Assembly: GCA_050951325.1 (NCBI GenBank)
Contig: JBMNIW010000008.1
Span: forward strand, 1-64,000
Reading direction: 5' to 3'
Source of the DNA: Clostridia bacterium
GTDB lineage: Bacteria > Bacillota > Clostridia > UBA1212 > DUPL01
DNA: 64,000 bases
This document shows, in pieces, positions 17,143-26,879 of the stretch (position 1 is its first letter; every line of letters starts with the position of its first letter). A program made the position numbers and the translations under genes. The notes beneath the pieces were generated by a model. The model had not been told where the DNA came from. It searched no databases and saw nothing but the letters and a program-made list of their open reading frames with translations.

Positions 17143-18561
17143 CTAAACCGACAGTTCATTTACTAAATGTTTGAACGTTTTTCCTCTTTCTTCAAAGTTC
17201 TTAAACATGTCAAAACTTGTACTTGCCGGAGATAGAATAACCACTTCTCCACTTTTTGCCTCTCTCCAGGCACACTCTAAAGCTTCCTCATAGTTCTGAC
17301 AATGATAAGTAACAATATCATACTCTTTACCCTGCCTTTTATACTCGTCCCTCGCAGCATTTTCAATCAATTTTGCTGTAGGACCAGTAAGTATCAACAC
17401 CCTTACCTTTTCAAACAAAGCCTTTCCCAATGAATCATAAGGTATTTTCTTGTCTGCTCCTCCTGCAATAAGCACCACCTCTTTATCATTAAATACATTC
17501 AAAGCATGCATTGTCCTGTTAGGACTGGAATCTATTGAACTGTTAAAATATTTAACACCATTCAATTCCCTAACAAACTCAAGTCTGTGTTCAACACCTT
17601 TGAATGAGGTTGCCACATTGTATATATCCTTAGCAGAAACCACATCACAAACTGCCGAAATTGCAGCCATGTAATTTTCCAGATTATGATTGCCTGGAAG
17701 CAAAACATCCTTCGTATCCATAATCTCTGTGATTTCACCATTGATTTTTTTATACAATTTTCCATTCAATGAATAAGCCCCATCCCATGAACCAATACCA
17801 AAACCAAAGGATCTTAATTTTCCATTAACCTCGTGCATCATTGACAAGGTAACATCATTCCCGGAGTTTAGTACTGCAATTCCATCCTCGTTTTGGTATC
17901 TATATATGTTTTTCTTCGCATCAATATATTCCTCGTAGGATTTATGCACATCAAGATGATTTGGAGATATGTTTGTAATAACTGACACGTCAGGACTCTT
18001 TGTCATTGTATGCAGTTGGAAACTCGACAGTTCAAGCACCACGATGTCTTCCTTGTAAATCTCTTTCAAATGCGGCAGCAAAGGCTTCCCGATGTTTCCT
18101 CCCAACCATATCCTTGTTCCTTTATCCTTAAATGCTTCACTCAGAAGAAGATAAAGGATGGTAGTGGTTGTGGTTTTTCCATCACTACCTGTCACTGCAT
18201 ATGTTTTTGCAGGACAATGTTTCAAAAACTCTTCCATTTCGGATGTTACATAAGCTCCTCTTTCCCTTGCTCTTGCCAACTCCGGTATATCAGGCCTTAA
18301 TACAGGCGTTTTATAGATTTCATCAAAGTCATCAGTTAAATATGAAAGATAATTTTCGCCCAAATGATACTCAAAAGGTAGTTTTAAAGCAAGTTCGTCA
18401 AGCTTTTTCTTCAGCTCATTAGAATCAGAACGGTCAAATCCAACAATTTTTTCCGCCCCCATTTTATGTAGAAATTCGATTAAAGGAAAATTGCTTATGC
18501 CTATCCCTAAAACAGCAACTTTCCTTCCAGTAATCCTGTTTCTGAGATCGTAAATCCCCAT
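17143..18561 (-). CDS. murD: UDP-N-acetylmuramoyl-L-alanine--D-glutamate ligase
   Basis: AVTGSDGKTTT, GGNIG, ELSSFQL, NISPNHLD, GVEHRLE, LSPASTSFDMFKNFEERG. Confidence 0.95.
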   Translation of the reverse strand: MGIYDLRNRITGRKVAVLGIGISNFPLIEFLHKMGAEKIVGFDRSDSNELKKKLDELALKLPFEYHLGENYLSYLTDDFDEIYKTPVLRPDIPELARARERGAYVTSEMEEFLKHCPAKTYAVTGSDGKTTTTTILYLLLSEAFKDKGTRIWLGGNIGKPLLPHLKEIYKEDIVVLELSSFQLHTMTKSPDVSVITNISPNHLDVHKSYEEYIDAKKNIYRYQNEDGIAVLNSGNDVTLSMMHEVNGKLRSFGFGIGSWDGAYSLNGKLYKKINGEITEIMDTKDVLLPGNHNLENYMAAISAVCDVVSAKDIYNVATSFKGVEHRLEFVRELNGVKYFNSSIDSSPNRTMHALNVFNDKEVVLIAGGADKKIPYDSLGKALFEKVRVLILTGPTAKLIENAARDEYKRQGKEYDIVTYHCQNYEEALECAWREAKSGEVVILSPASTSFDMFKNFEERGKTFKHLVNELSV

Positions 18562-18654
18562 ATGTCCTCCTGTTTGTCATAAAACTCAACTTCTATTATA
18601 CTACTTGAAAAATTATTATCAAGTCAACAAACTGTAAAATAATTTTCACTTCTA

Positions 18655-18683
18655 TTGACATATAATTGTTTTAGATATAAAAT
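18655..18683 (+). promoter_or_regulatory. Sigma-A promoter of the riboswitch-ribU transcript
   Basis: TTGACA-N17-TAAAAT directly upstream of the FMN aptamer. Confidence 0.8.
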
Positions 18684-18687
18684 GTAG

Positions 18688-18806
18688 TTGCTTCGGGGTT
18701 AGGTGAAATTCCTTACCGGCGGTAAAGCCCGCGAGCCTGTGTCAAAGATACGGGTTGATACGGTGAGATTCCGTAGCCGACTGTTAAAGTCAGGATGGAA
18801 GGAGTG
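18688..18806 (+). ncRNA. FMN riboswitch (RFN element)
   Basis: CTTCGGGG..GGTGAAATTCC..ACCGGCGGTAAAGCCCGCGAGCC...GGTGAGATTCC..AGCCGAC.GT..AAGTC.GGATGG matches the RFN consensus; lies upstream of an ECF S component. Confidence 0.95.
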
Positions 18807-18813
18807 TATTTTT

Positions 18814-19431
18814 ATGCAAAAAAATAACCGAAACAAATCAGTATTTTACATCACAAGAGTTGCATGCTTGTCAGCAATCGCAATCATAGTCATGTTTCTC
18901 GAATTTACACTGCCAATTTTTCCGGGATTCTACAAGTTGGACTTCAGTACCTTCCCTATAATCATAGGGACCTTTGCAATGGGACCCATAGCAGGAGTAA
19001 CCATTCAATTTATTAAGGATCTTGTTCACCTGCTGGTTTCCAACCAATCCATGGGTATAGGTCTTATGGCCGACTTTGCTATTGGCTCTGCATACATACT
19101 GAGTGCAGGCATAATATACAAACGCCTTCATACAAAGAAAGGCGCTCTTCTCGGGTGCATTGCAGGAACATTTGCTGCAACAATAGTTGGCGCATTTTTC
19201 AACTATTATGTGTTAATACCTCTTTATGTGTTATTGACACCCTACTCGTTGGAAGACATTATAAGTATGGGAACCAAGGTAACCGGAAGCATAAAAGATT
19301 TAAAAACTCTGATAATGTTTGCGACTGTACCGTTCAATCTCTTGAAATTTGGTGTAATTTCATTATTAACGATGCTTACTTACAAAAAAGTGTCGCCATT
19401 TTTCAAAATGATACGAAAAGAATCCAAGTAA
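18814..19431 (+). CDS. ribU: ECF transporter S component, riboflavin transporter
   Basis: PIFPGFYKLDFS..P..IG.FAMGP..G motif, hydrophobic, PFNLLK; follows the FMN riboswitch. True start is the ATG at 18814. Confidence 0.9.
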   Translation: MQKNNRNKSVFYITRVACLSAIAIIVMFLEFTLPIFPGFYKLDFSTFPIIIGTFAMGPIAGVTIQFIKDLVHLLVSNQSMGIGLMADFAIGSAYILSAGIIYKRLHTKKGALLGCIAGTFAATIVGAFFNYYVLIPLYVLLTPYSLEDIISMGTKVTGSIKDLKTLIMFATVPFNLLKFGVISLLTMLTYKKVSPFFKMIRKESK

Positions 19432-19461
19432 AAAAAATACAGCTATAAGCTGTATTTTTTT
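19431..19461. terminator. Bidirectional terminator between ribU and aspartate kinase
   Basis: AAAAAAATACAGCT-ata-AGCTGTATTTTTT inverted repeat. Confidence 0.85.
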
Positions 19462-20821
19462 ATCTAAAGAACTCATCATATAGAGCAATCAATGATTTTT
19501 CCACATCGTCCTCATGTACACCGAACATAATACTTACTTCACTGGAGCCCTGGTTTATCATCCTGATATTCACACTTGCCCTTGCTATTGCCGTTGTAGC
19601 CCTGCTTGCAATACCGACGGTTTTGGACATTCCCCTACCAACCAACATGATTATCGCAAGCCCGTGCTCGACTACCACGTCATCAACCTCAAGCTCCTTC
19701 CTGATGGCCTCGGTTATTCTTTCAAGTTTGTCTTTTGGACAATTTTTCTCTTTAACAATAACGGAAATACTGTCAATTCCGGAAGGTGCATGCTCGTAGG
19801 ATACTCCTTCTTTCTCGAAAAGGGTAAGCAGTCGTCTACCAAAACCAATTTCCCTGTTCATCATGTATTTTTCAACATGCACTGTTATAAATCCCTTGTC
19901 TGCAGCAATACCAACAACAGGATTTTCTCCTGAAACCCTATCCGCTCTTTCTGCAGGCACTATCAAGGTTCCTGGAGATTGAGGGTTGTTTGTATTCCTT
20001 ATGTTAACCGCAATCTTCTTTCTGTAAACCGGCTCCAGGGTTTCCTCGTGTAAAACGTTGAAGCCTGCATAGGAAAGTTCGCGCATTTCTTCATAAGTAA
20101 AGTATGAAATGGGTTTAGGTTCCTTGATTACCTTCGGATTTGCACAGAAAACATAATCCACATCGGTAAAGTTCTCATACACGGTGGCATTAACAGCAGC
20201 TGCAATTACAGATCCGGTTACATCCGAGCCTCCCCTCGAGAAGGTCACCACTTCTCCATCCACCGAGTATCCAAAGAATCCAGGGAATATGACCAGTTCA
20301 TCCATATCCCTTAGTTTTGCAAGGTTTTCATACGTTTGTTTAAGTACTCTGGCATTTCCATATTCGTTGCTCAAAAGCATGCCTGCATCTTTTGGATTCA
20401 TGTACACGGCCTTTTCTCCTATGGAATTCAAGTACCCTGCAACGAGCTTAGCTGTATTGTCTTCTCCTGCAGCCTTCATAAAATCCATGAATTTTGCGTT
20501 CGAATCAATCTTTGAATTCAATCTGTCCGTCAAATCATGTTTTACAAAATTCGCTGCATCTTCTCCAAGTCCAAGACCCTTGGCTATCTGTCTATATCTG
20601 TCAACAACATTTTCCAATGCTTCAGTATAATCTTCATTATTCAACTTCTTGTTTGCAAGTTCTATCAGCATATCAGTAACTTTTACATCACCATCAAACC
20701 TTTTTCCCGGCGCGGAAACAACCACTATTCTTCTTTTACTGTCCGACAGTACAATATCACACACCTTTCTTATCTGGTTTGCATCAGCCAGCGAACTTCC
20801 TCCGAATTTTACAACCTTCAT
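19460..20821 (-). CDS. Aspartate kinase (ThrD/YclM, AK III-like)
   Basis: MKVVKFGGSSLA, VVSAPGKR, TFSRGGSDVTG, YENFTDV, C-terminal ACT domains. Confidence 0.93.
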   Translation of the reverse strand: MKVVKFGGSSLADANQIRKVCDIVLSDSKRRIVVVSAPGKRFDGDVKVTDMLIELANKKLNNEDYTEALENVVDRYRQIAKGLGLGEDAANFVKHDLTDRLNSKIDSNAKFMDFMKAAGEDNTAKLVAGYLNSIGEKAVYMNPKDAGMLLSNEYGNARVLKQTYENLAKLRDMDELVIFPGFFGYSVDGEVVTFSRGGSDVTGSVIAAAVNATVYENFTDVDYVFCANPKVIKEPKPISYFTYEEMRELSYAGFNVLHEETLEPVYRKKIAVNIRNTNNPQSPGTLIVPAERADRVSGENPVVGIAADKGFITVHVEKYMMNREIGFGRRLLTLFEKEGVSYEHAPSGIDSISVIVKEKNCPKDKLERITEAIRKELEVDDVVVEHGLAIIMLVGRGMSKTVGIASRATTAIARASVNIRMINQGSSEVSIMFGVHEDDVEKSLIALYDEFFR

Positions 20822-20838
20822 AAATCTACTCCTTTGCT

Positions 20839-22086
20839 CTAGTCTTCCACCTTTATTACATTCTCAACCTTTATATTCAAACTCTTGGTAAGTTCCTCAA
20901 TCTTTTTGTCTAGTTCTTCCCTGCTCAGATAGCCTGTTATCAGTGCGGCCTTTTTCCTGTTTACTTCAGACTCGCCACAGTATATTGCTACCTTGCCAAA
21001 GGAATTGACTACAATCTTCTCCATCTCCTCCGTTGATATACTGTTTTTCCACAAACGCACAAAGAATCTGAAACTATCCTGTTTGGACGTGGTCATCTCC
21101 GCCTTTTCCTTTACAAACCCAGGCAGTGAATGTTCCGAACTTCCTGTAAGAATTTCAATTATGTCTCCAAGAATTGCACTGGCAGTGGGCAGTTTGCCCG
21201 CACCCTTTCCATAAAACATGGAATCTCCTGTGTAGCTGCCTTTTACCAACACGCCATTGAATACTGAATCAACCTTTGCCAACATGTGATCCTCGCCAAG
21301 TAAAAGCGGCTCCACCAATGCCTCAATCTTTCCATCCTTGTTAATACTTCTGGCTATCAGCTTGATCTTAAACCCATTTGCTGAACTAAGCTCCAGATCC
21401 TCATAACTTATGTTTCTTATACCGGTACAGGAAACATCCTTGTAATCAACAAATCTGTCATAAGCAACGGAAGACAGAATAGCTATCTTTCTTGCCGCAT
21501 CATGACCATCCACATCGGCTGTAGGATCCGCTTCAGCATATCCCTTTTGCTGGGCTTTTGCAAGAGCTTCCTCAAAGGACATTTTGTCTCTGTACATTTT
21601 GGTAAGAATATAGTTTGTTGTGCCGTTCAGAATACCCTGTATCTCATATATGTCGTTTGACGCAAGACATATGTTCAAAGGACGGATTATGGGTATTCCG
21701 CCTCCTGCACTGGCCTCATACATGAATCTCACACTGTTATTATATGCAGTCTCAACAAGCTCGCGTCCGAATGCAGCAACAATCTCCTTGTTGGAAGTCA
21801 CGACATGTTTTCCGGCTTCCAATGCTTTTTTCGTTAAGGTGAAAGCATGTTCTTCTCCGCCTATTGTCATTACCACCATATTTATATCAGGATCATTTAT
21901 TATCTCATTTGCATCTTTCGTCAAAAAAGGCTCATAAGGCGTTCCTTTCAAGTCCCTAATGTCCAGTATCCTGGTCAGTTCAATCTTTTTATTGAATTTA
22001 CGGCTTAACTCTTCACTTTTTTCAAGCAAAATATCCGCCACGCCGGAGCCTACGACTCCGCAACCCATAATTGCTATCTTTACCAT
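20839..22086 (-). CDS. hom: Homoserine dehydrogenase
   Basis: GCGVVGSG, KHVVTSNK, YEASAGGGIPII, GILNGTTNYIL, GYAEADPTADVDG, GAGKLPTASA. Confidence 0.95.
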   Translation of the reverse strand: MVKIAIMGCGVVGSGVADILLEKSEELSRKFNKKIELTRILDIRDLKGTPYEPFLTKDANEIINDPDINMVVMTIGGEEHAFTLTKKALEAGKHVVTSNKEIVAAFGRELVETAYNNSVRFMYEASAGGGIPIIRPLNICLASNDIYEIQGILNGTTNYILTKMYRDKMSFEEALAKAQQKGYAEADPTADVDGHDAARKIAILSSVAYDRFVDYKDVSCTGIRNISYEDLELSSANGFKIKLIARSINKDGKIEALVEPLLLGEDHMLAKVDSVFNGVLVKGSYTGDSMFYGKGAGKLPTASAILGDIIEILTGSSEHSLPGFVKEKAEMTTSKQDSFRFFVRLWKNSISTEEMEKIVVNSFGKVAIYCGESEVNRKKAALITGYLSREELDKKIEELTKSLNIKVENVIKVED

Positions 22087-22095
22087 ATTTCCTCC

Positions 22096-22539
22096 TTACT
22101 CCATTTCCCTATTTAATATTTCAGATCTTCTTACCCCGTTAATTTCAGAAATCCTTTTCAATACCGCATCCACATTCTCAATCATGCATTCCGTATCAAT
22201 CGAAATGATTACGTCTGCAATCCCGTTCTGAGGCACATTCTGATTTATGGTCAATATGTTGCCCTTTGATTTTGCTATCTCCCCTATAATCGCATGGAGG
22301 ATTCCTGAAAAATCCTCCACAACAAAATACAAAGAAACAACCTTGCTGTGGGGTAGTCTGTCATATACAAAAACCTTGTCCTTGTACTTGTAAAAGGCGC
22401 TTCTTGATATGCCTACCTCGTTCAATATTTCCGTCTGTGTCTTGTCTTTATACAACGTAAGCAGTTTCTTTGCCTGCACCACTTTTCCGAATATTGCAGG
22501 ACAAACATCCTCACTTACAAGCAAATATCTCTCTGCCAT
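22096..22539 (-). CDS. thrR: ACT-domain transcriptional regulator, ThrR/PheB family
   Basis: N-terminal HTH GISRSAFYKYKD, ACT domain NILTINQNVP; sits directly upstream of hom. Confidence 0.85.
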   Translation of the reverse strand: MAERYLLVSEDVCPAIFGKVVQAKKLLTLYKDKTQTEILNEVGISRSAFYKYKDKVFVYDRLPHSKVVSLYFVVEDFSGILHAIIGEIAKSKGNILTINQNVPQNGIADVIISIDTECMIENVDAVLKRISEINGVRRSEILNREME

Positions 22540-22552
22540 TTTTCAACTCCTC

Positions 22553-22592
22553 TGTCCACGGTTAATAAACATTTGTTCACCTGTGGTGGACA
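22553..22592. promoter_or_regulatory. Tandem palindromic operator, candidate ThrR site
   Basis: TGTCCAC-N5-ATAAACA (22553-22571) and TGTTCAC-N5-GTGGACA (22574-22592) between promoter and RBS. Confidence 0.55.
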
Positions 22593-22600
22593 CGAAGGAT

Positions 22601-22629
22601 ATAATAGCATATGGTTAAGGAAAAATCAA
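22601..22629 (-). promoter_or_regulatory. Putative sigma-A promoter of thrR-hom-aspartokinase
   Basis: TTGATT-N17-TATTAT with TG extended -10. Confidence 0.6.
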
Positions 22630-22703
22630 CAGGCATTTTTGTATTTTTATTGATATGATTATTAAGTTATGGTAAAATCCATATAAAAACATGGGGGAAA
22701 TGC

Positions 22704-23963
22704 ATGGAGAAACTGACAATAAAGCTTTATGACATATTACTATGTTTATCAAACGCATTGGAACTATTGTCGCCAAAATTATACAATCATCATCAACAAA
22801 CTGCATACATGTCATACATCATAGCTGAACACCTGGGTCTCCCTGCTAACAAAAAAAGAGACCTTTTTTATGCTGCACTCATACATGACATTGGAACCCT
22901 TTTTGGATCTGAGAATCTCGAAATTGCAGAAACTGAAACCGTATCCATAAAGTATCACGGTTTCAGAGGCTGGAGGCTGTTAAAAAATTTTGAGCCCTTA
23001 AAGCATTCCGCTCAGATTATAAAATACCATCATGTCAGCTACGAGTACGGAAAAGGCATGCAATTTGAAAACGAGAACGTTCCAGAAGAAAGCCATATCA
23101 TCCACCTGGCTGACAGAGTCTGCATGGCATTTGCACAAAAGAAGAACATACTTAGCCAGGTTGGCTCGGTATTGGATTACATCGAATCCAGAGCAGGCAG
23201 TGTGTTTGATCCTGTTTATGTGGAAGTTTTGAAAAAGGCTGCACAAAAAGAATATATCTGGCTCAACTTGTTCTCCCGCTCGCCTATCGAGCACATTCAG
23301 GAACAGATTTGTGATGCTACCGTTCTGTCCTCAGATGAGACACTTGAGTTTACACAAATTATTTCCCACGTTATCGACTTTAAAAGCAGGTTCACCGCCT
23401 GTCACTCCGCCGGTGTTGCACAGATTGCAAAAGAAATTGCCAGACTAATGCATTTTTCAGAGTCTGAATGCATCATGATGCAGATAGCGGGACATCTGCA
23501 CGATATTGGCAAACTTGCAGTAAGCAATAAAATTCTTGAAAAGGACAATGTACTTGAAATACATGAGTACGCTGAAATGAAAGCCCACACCTATTACACA
23601 TATCATCTACTGAACATCGTTCCAGAGTTTTCAATTATAAAAGAATGGGCAGCTTATCATCATGAAAAACTGAATGGGAACGGCTATCCTTTCCACCTAT
23701 CCGGAGAGAACTTGACCTTGGGTTCCAGAATAATGACTGTAAGCGATATATTCGCTGCCATAACCGAGGACAGGCCCTACAGAAAAGGTATGGAAAAGGA
23801 AAAGGCGGTCAATGTGCTTGAACAAATGGTTGAGAGAAATGAAATAGATAAGAATGTGGTAAAAGTTCTTTTTGAGAATTACGATAACATTTTACAGGTT
23901 CGGAAAAAAGCGCAGAAAGCAGCACTTATCGAATTTGATAAATTCACAGCACCGTTTGTATAG
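22704..23963 (+). CDS. Tandem HD / HD-GYP domain phosphodiesterase
   Basis: Two HDIG motifs; the C-terminal domain has HHEKLNGNGYP and EDRPYRKGM. Confidence 0.88.
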   Translation: MEKLTIKLYDILLCLSNALELLSPKLYNHHQQTAYMSYIIAEHLGLPANKKRDLFYAALIHDIGTLFGSENLEIAETETVSIKYHGFRGWRLLKNFEPLKHSAQIIKYHHVSYEYGKGMQFENENVPEESHIIHLADRVCMAFAQKKNILSQVGSVLDYIESRAGSVFDPVYVEVLKKAAQKEYIWLNLFSRSPIEHIQEQICDATVLSSDETLEFTQIISHVIDFKSRFTACHSAGVAQIAKEIARLMHFSESECIMMQIAGHLHDIGKLAVSNKILEKDNVLEIHEYAEMKAHTYYTYHLLNIVPEFSIIKEWAAYHHEKLNGNGYPFHLSGENLTLGSRIMTVSDIFAAITEDRPYRKGMEKEKAVNVLEQMVERNEIDKNVVKVLFENYDNILQVRKKAQKAALIEFDKFTAPFV

Positions 23964-24001
23964 AAAAAAGGATCATGACAAAAAAGTCACGATCCTTCTT
24001 T
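23964..24001. terminator. Bidirectional terminator between HD-GYP and thrC
   Basis: AAGGATCATGAC-aaaaaa-GTCACGATCCTT inverted repeat between convergent genes. Confidence 0.7.
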
Positions 24002-24009
24002 ATGTATAA

Positions 24010-25509
24010 TTATATTCCAAGGAATTTCAATACTTCGTCCTTCATTTCAGCGGTATCGCATACACCTTCGTGAACAACTTCCTTCTTGTCAAGGTCAATC
24101 AAAGGCGTTGGTATTGGCATGTTTGTCCTTTCACTCAGCATCCTGTTAATTTCAAACTCGCTCATTCCTTCAACAACATCGGAACCATAAAGACTCTCTG
24201 CAACCGTCTTTCCAAACTTGAAAGGACTTGCTGTGGACACGCATATGGTCTTTGTCATGTCTCCTGTGGAAATGACATATTTGTCATACACATTGATACC
24301 TACCGCAGTATGAGGATCAATTAGATAATTATACTTTTCATAAACATTCTTTATTGTTTCTTTTGTTTCTTCCTCCGTTGAGTAAGATGCCCACATGAAG
24401 TTGTTCATGCTGTTGATTGTCCTCTTGTCAACGGAGTACAGACCGTTTTCCTTTAGAGATGTCATGCATCTTGATACGATTGCATCATCTTCTCCGGATA
24501 CATCATACAAAAGCCTTTCAAGATTTGAAGACACCAGTATATCCATTGCCGGCGAGATGGTTGTGACAAACTTGCGGTTCTTGTCATAAGTTCCGGTATT
24601 GAAAAAATCAGTCAGTATGTTGTTGTCATTGGATGCACAGATAAGCTTTGACACAGGCAGCCCTGCCTTCATAGCATAGTAGCAGGCAAGTATGTTGCCA
24701 AAATTGCCTGTGGGCACCACGAAATTCACCTTGCTGCCCAGCTTGATTACATTCTGCCTAACAAGGCTTCCATAGGCGTAGAAATAATAGATGATTTGAG
24801 GCAGTAGTCTTCCCCAGTTGATGGAGTTTGCAGAAGACAGCCTGTAGCCTTTCTGTAAAAGCATTTCATTGAATTCCTTATCGGTGAAAATCTCCTTAAC
24901 TCCTGTCTGGGCATCGTCAAAATTGCCTTTTACGGCGACTACTGAAACATTGTCTCCCTCTTGTGTAATCATCTGATATTTCTGCATTTCGCTGACACCG
25001 TTTTCAGGATAAAACACCATGATTTTAATACCCTTTTTGTTTTTGAATCCTTCAAGGGCTGCTTTACCGGTATCTCCGCTTGTTGCAGTAAGGATCAGTA
25101 TTTCATTCTTCTCATCAGCAACTGCCAGACTGCCAACCATGAACTCGGGCAGAATCTGAAGAGCCATGTCCTTGAAAGCACATGTTGGCCCGTGCCAAAG
25201 TTCAAGCACTGACAATGTCTTGCTCATTCTGCTGATGGGTGCCACCGTTGGCGGAAACGCACCCTGATAGTATGCGTTTTTTATAAAACCCATTAACTTA
25301 CTGTCGGGTATATCGTCATTAACATATCTTTTAATTATTGTAAAAGCCAATGCCTCGTAAGTCATTGAACTCATGTCAGCCAAATCCAGAGAATCAAAGT
25401 ATACTTCCTGTGTTGGTACAAAAAGTCCTCCGTCCGGAGCGATTCCCTGTAGAACCGCCTGGTGGAACGGAACTATTTTTGAACTTCCTCTGGTACTTTT
25501 ATACTGCAT
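24010..25509 (-). CDS. thrC: Threonine synthase
   Basis: MQYKSTRG, ELWHGPTCAFKDMALQ, ATSGDTG, SANSINWGRL, VPTGNFGN. Confidence 0.96.
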   Translation of the reverse strand: MQYKSTRGSSKIVPFHQAVLQGIAPDGGLFVPTQEVYFDSLDLADMSSMTYEALAFTIIKRYVNDDIPDSKLMGFIKNAYYQGAFPPTVAPISRMSKTLSVLELWHGPTCAFKDMALQILPEFMVGSLAVADEKNEILILTATSGDTGKAALEGFKNKKGIKIMVFYPENGVSEMQKYQMITQEGDNVSVVAVKGNFDDAQTGVKEIFTDKEFNEMLLQKGYRLSSANSINWGRLLPQIIYYFYAYGSLVRQNVIKLGSKVNFVVPTGNFGNILACYYAMKAGLPVSKLICASNDNNILTDFFNTGTYDKNRKFVTTISPAMDILVSSNLERLLYDVSGEDDAIVSRCMTSLKENGLYSVDKRTINSMNNFMWASYSTEEETKETIKNVYEKYNYLIDPHTAVGINVYDKYVISTGDMTKTICVSTASPFKFGKTVAESLYGSDVVEGMSEFEINRMLSERTNMPIPTPLIDLDKKEVVHEGVCDTAEMKDEVLKFLGI

Positions 25510-25524
25510 CTATACAACACCATC

Positions 25525-26844
25525 CTAACCAATCACTTTTAATCTATACGAAGCCCAACTATAATATGATGAATCGGGATACTTGTCAACAATCTCCGTA
25601 TAGTATTCCTTGGCTTTCGCATAGTTTTTGGAGTCCTCATACGCCTTCCCTATATAAAATATTACGGAGTCGATACGACTATAATTTGGGTTGTATTTCT
25701 GTATAGGGAGAAGCATTTCAATGACTTCTTCATGCTTGCCCTGTGAAGACAATGAAAAGATTGAATCATGATTTTGTTTGGTAAACTGATTCAGTGAAAA
25801 CTCATAAATATTTTTCAGATTCTCCAGATCCGACTCGGGCACATATTGCATTTTGATTGTATGATAAAGCTCCACAACATTAAAATACTGCTTGAAGTTA
25901 TAATGCTTGACACACTCTCTTACAAGCTTCTTTGTTTCCGCATAGTGGTCTATGGGAACTTCTGTAGGCGTAGGAGTCGCTGTGCTTGGAGGTTGCGTAG
26001 GCTCAGGAGTTGGAGTACTTTCTGTGGCATTTGTGCCTGTGTATTTTGCCAGTGTATCCCTAAGCTCTTTGTTCTCGCTATTTGTACTCATTGCATACAT
26101 AAAAACAGCAAATATCAATGCGGCACATATAACGTAACCGGCAACAAAATAATACATCCTGGCGTTTTTAATTGTTTTTGCAGCAGTTTTTTCTTTCCTT
26201 TTTTCTTCCGTTATAATTTCCTGTTTAACATTTGCTTTCTTCTCTACCTCAGCAAAATTTACAATTTTCTCCTCGATTTCGTCATCCTCTTCATTTTCTT
26301 CAACAACCTCTTCGACTTTCTTCTCCCTTATTTCCTCTTCGACAACCGGCTCTATCTTTAGATCCTTCAGGTTTTCCATGGTATCTTCGACTTCAATTAC
26401 CTCGAATTTCTTAAATGTCTGTTTGTCAGTCGATGTGCTCGTCTCAAACTCAAACATTTCTTCTTCAGTAATTTCCGGTCTCACCACATCCCTATTGTCA
26501 ATGCTATCCATTTCATTGGCAAGATAATCCAGATAGTTGAGTGCTTTTTCACGCATCACAGAATCCTTTACCGAGTTGAATATCCTAACTGCGCCAATTC
26601 TGTCTCCATTTGCAAAAGTGCACATTCCAAGGAGAATAATCGCAACATGAAAACTCGGAAAGAGCTGAATGGCCTTTTTCAAATCAATTCTTGCCAAATC
26701 CTCATACCCGTCCTTAATTTTCTGTATCGCCTTGTTGTACAATGCAAAAGCAAGGCGGACATTCTCACCATACTTCTCGTCCGCAGGAATTGCCGCAATA
26801 TTAATTGGTCTGAACTTCTTTATTTCATACGAAACATCAATCAA
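25525..26844 (-). CDS. Bitopic membrane protein with TPR domains on both sides of the membrane
   Basis: N-terminal TPR (LYNKAI..DLARIDLKKAI), acidic linker, one TM, coiled coil, PT linker, C-terminal TPR (FYIGKAYE..AKEYYTEIVDKYPDS). TTG start at 26844 chosen from RBS spacing. Confidence 0.7.
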   Translation of the reverse strand: MIDVSYEIKKFRPINIAAIPADEKYGENVRLAFALYNKAIQKIKDGYEDLARIDLKKAIQLFPSFHVAIILLGMCTFANGDRIGAVRIFNSVKDSVMREKALNYLDYLANEMDSIDNRDVVRPEITEEEMFEFETSTSTDKQTFKKFEVIEVEDTMENLKDLKIEPVVEEEIREKKVEEVVEENEEDDEIEEKIVNFAEVEKKANVKQEIITEEKRKEKTAAKTIKNARMYYFVAGYVICAALIFAVFMYAMSTNSENKELRDTLAKYTGTNATESTPTPEPTQPPSTATPTPTEVPIDHYAETKKLVRECVKHYNFKQYFNVVELYHTIKMQYVPESDLENLKNIYEFSLNQFTKQNHDSIFSLSSQGKHEEVIEMLLPIQKYNPNYSRIDSVIFYIGKAYEDSKNYAKAKEYYTEIVDKYPDSSYYSWASYRLKVIG

Positions 26845-26879
26845 ACACAAAACCTCCTTTCATCCAAAATATTGGTCAA

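Noticed and set aside
18703-18813. 37-aa N-terminal extension of ribU in the ORF track
   Set aside because: It lies entirely within the FMN aptamer; the RBS and ATG at 18814 fit better.
22567-22578. LexA-like box AAAC-ATTT-GTTC
   Set aside because: It has one mismatch to GAAC-N4-GTTC, arises from the junction of the two tandem palindromes, and the downstream genes are not SOS genes.
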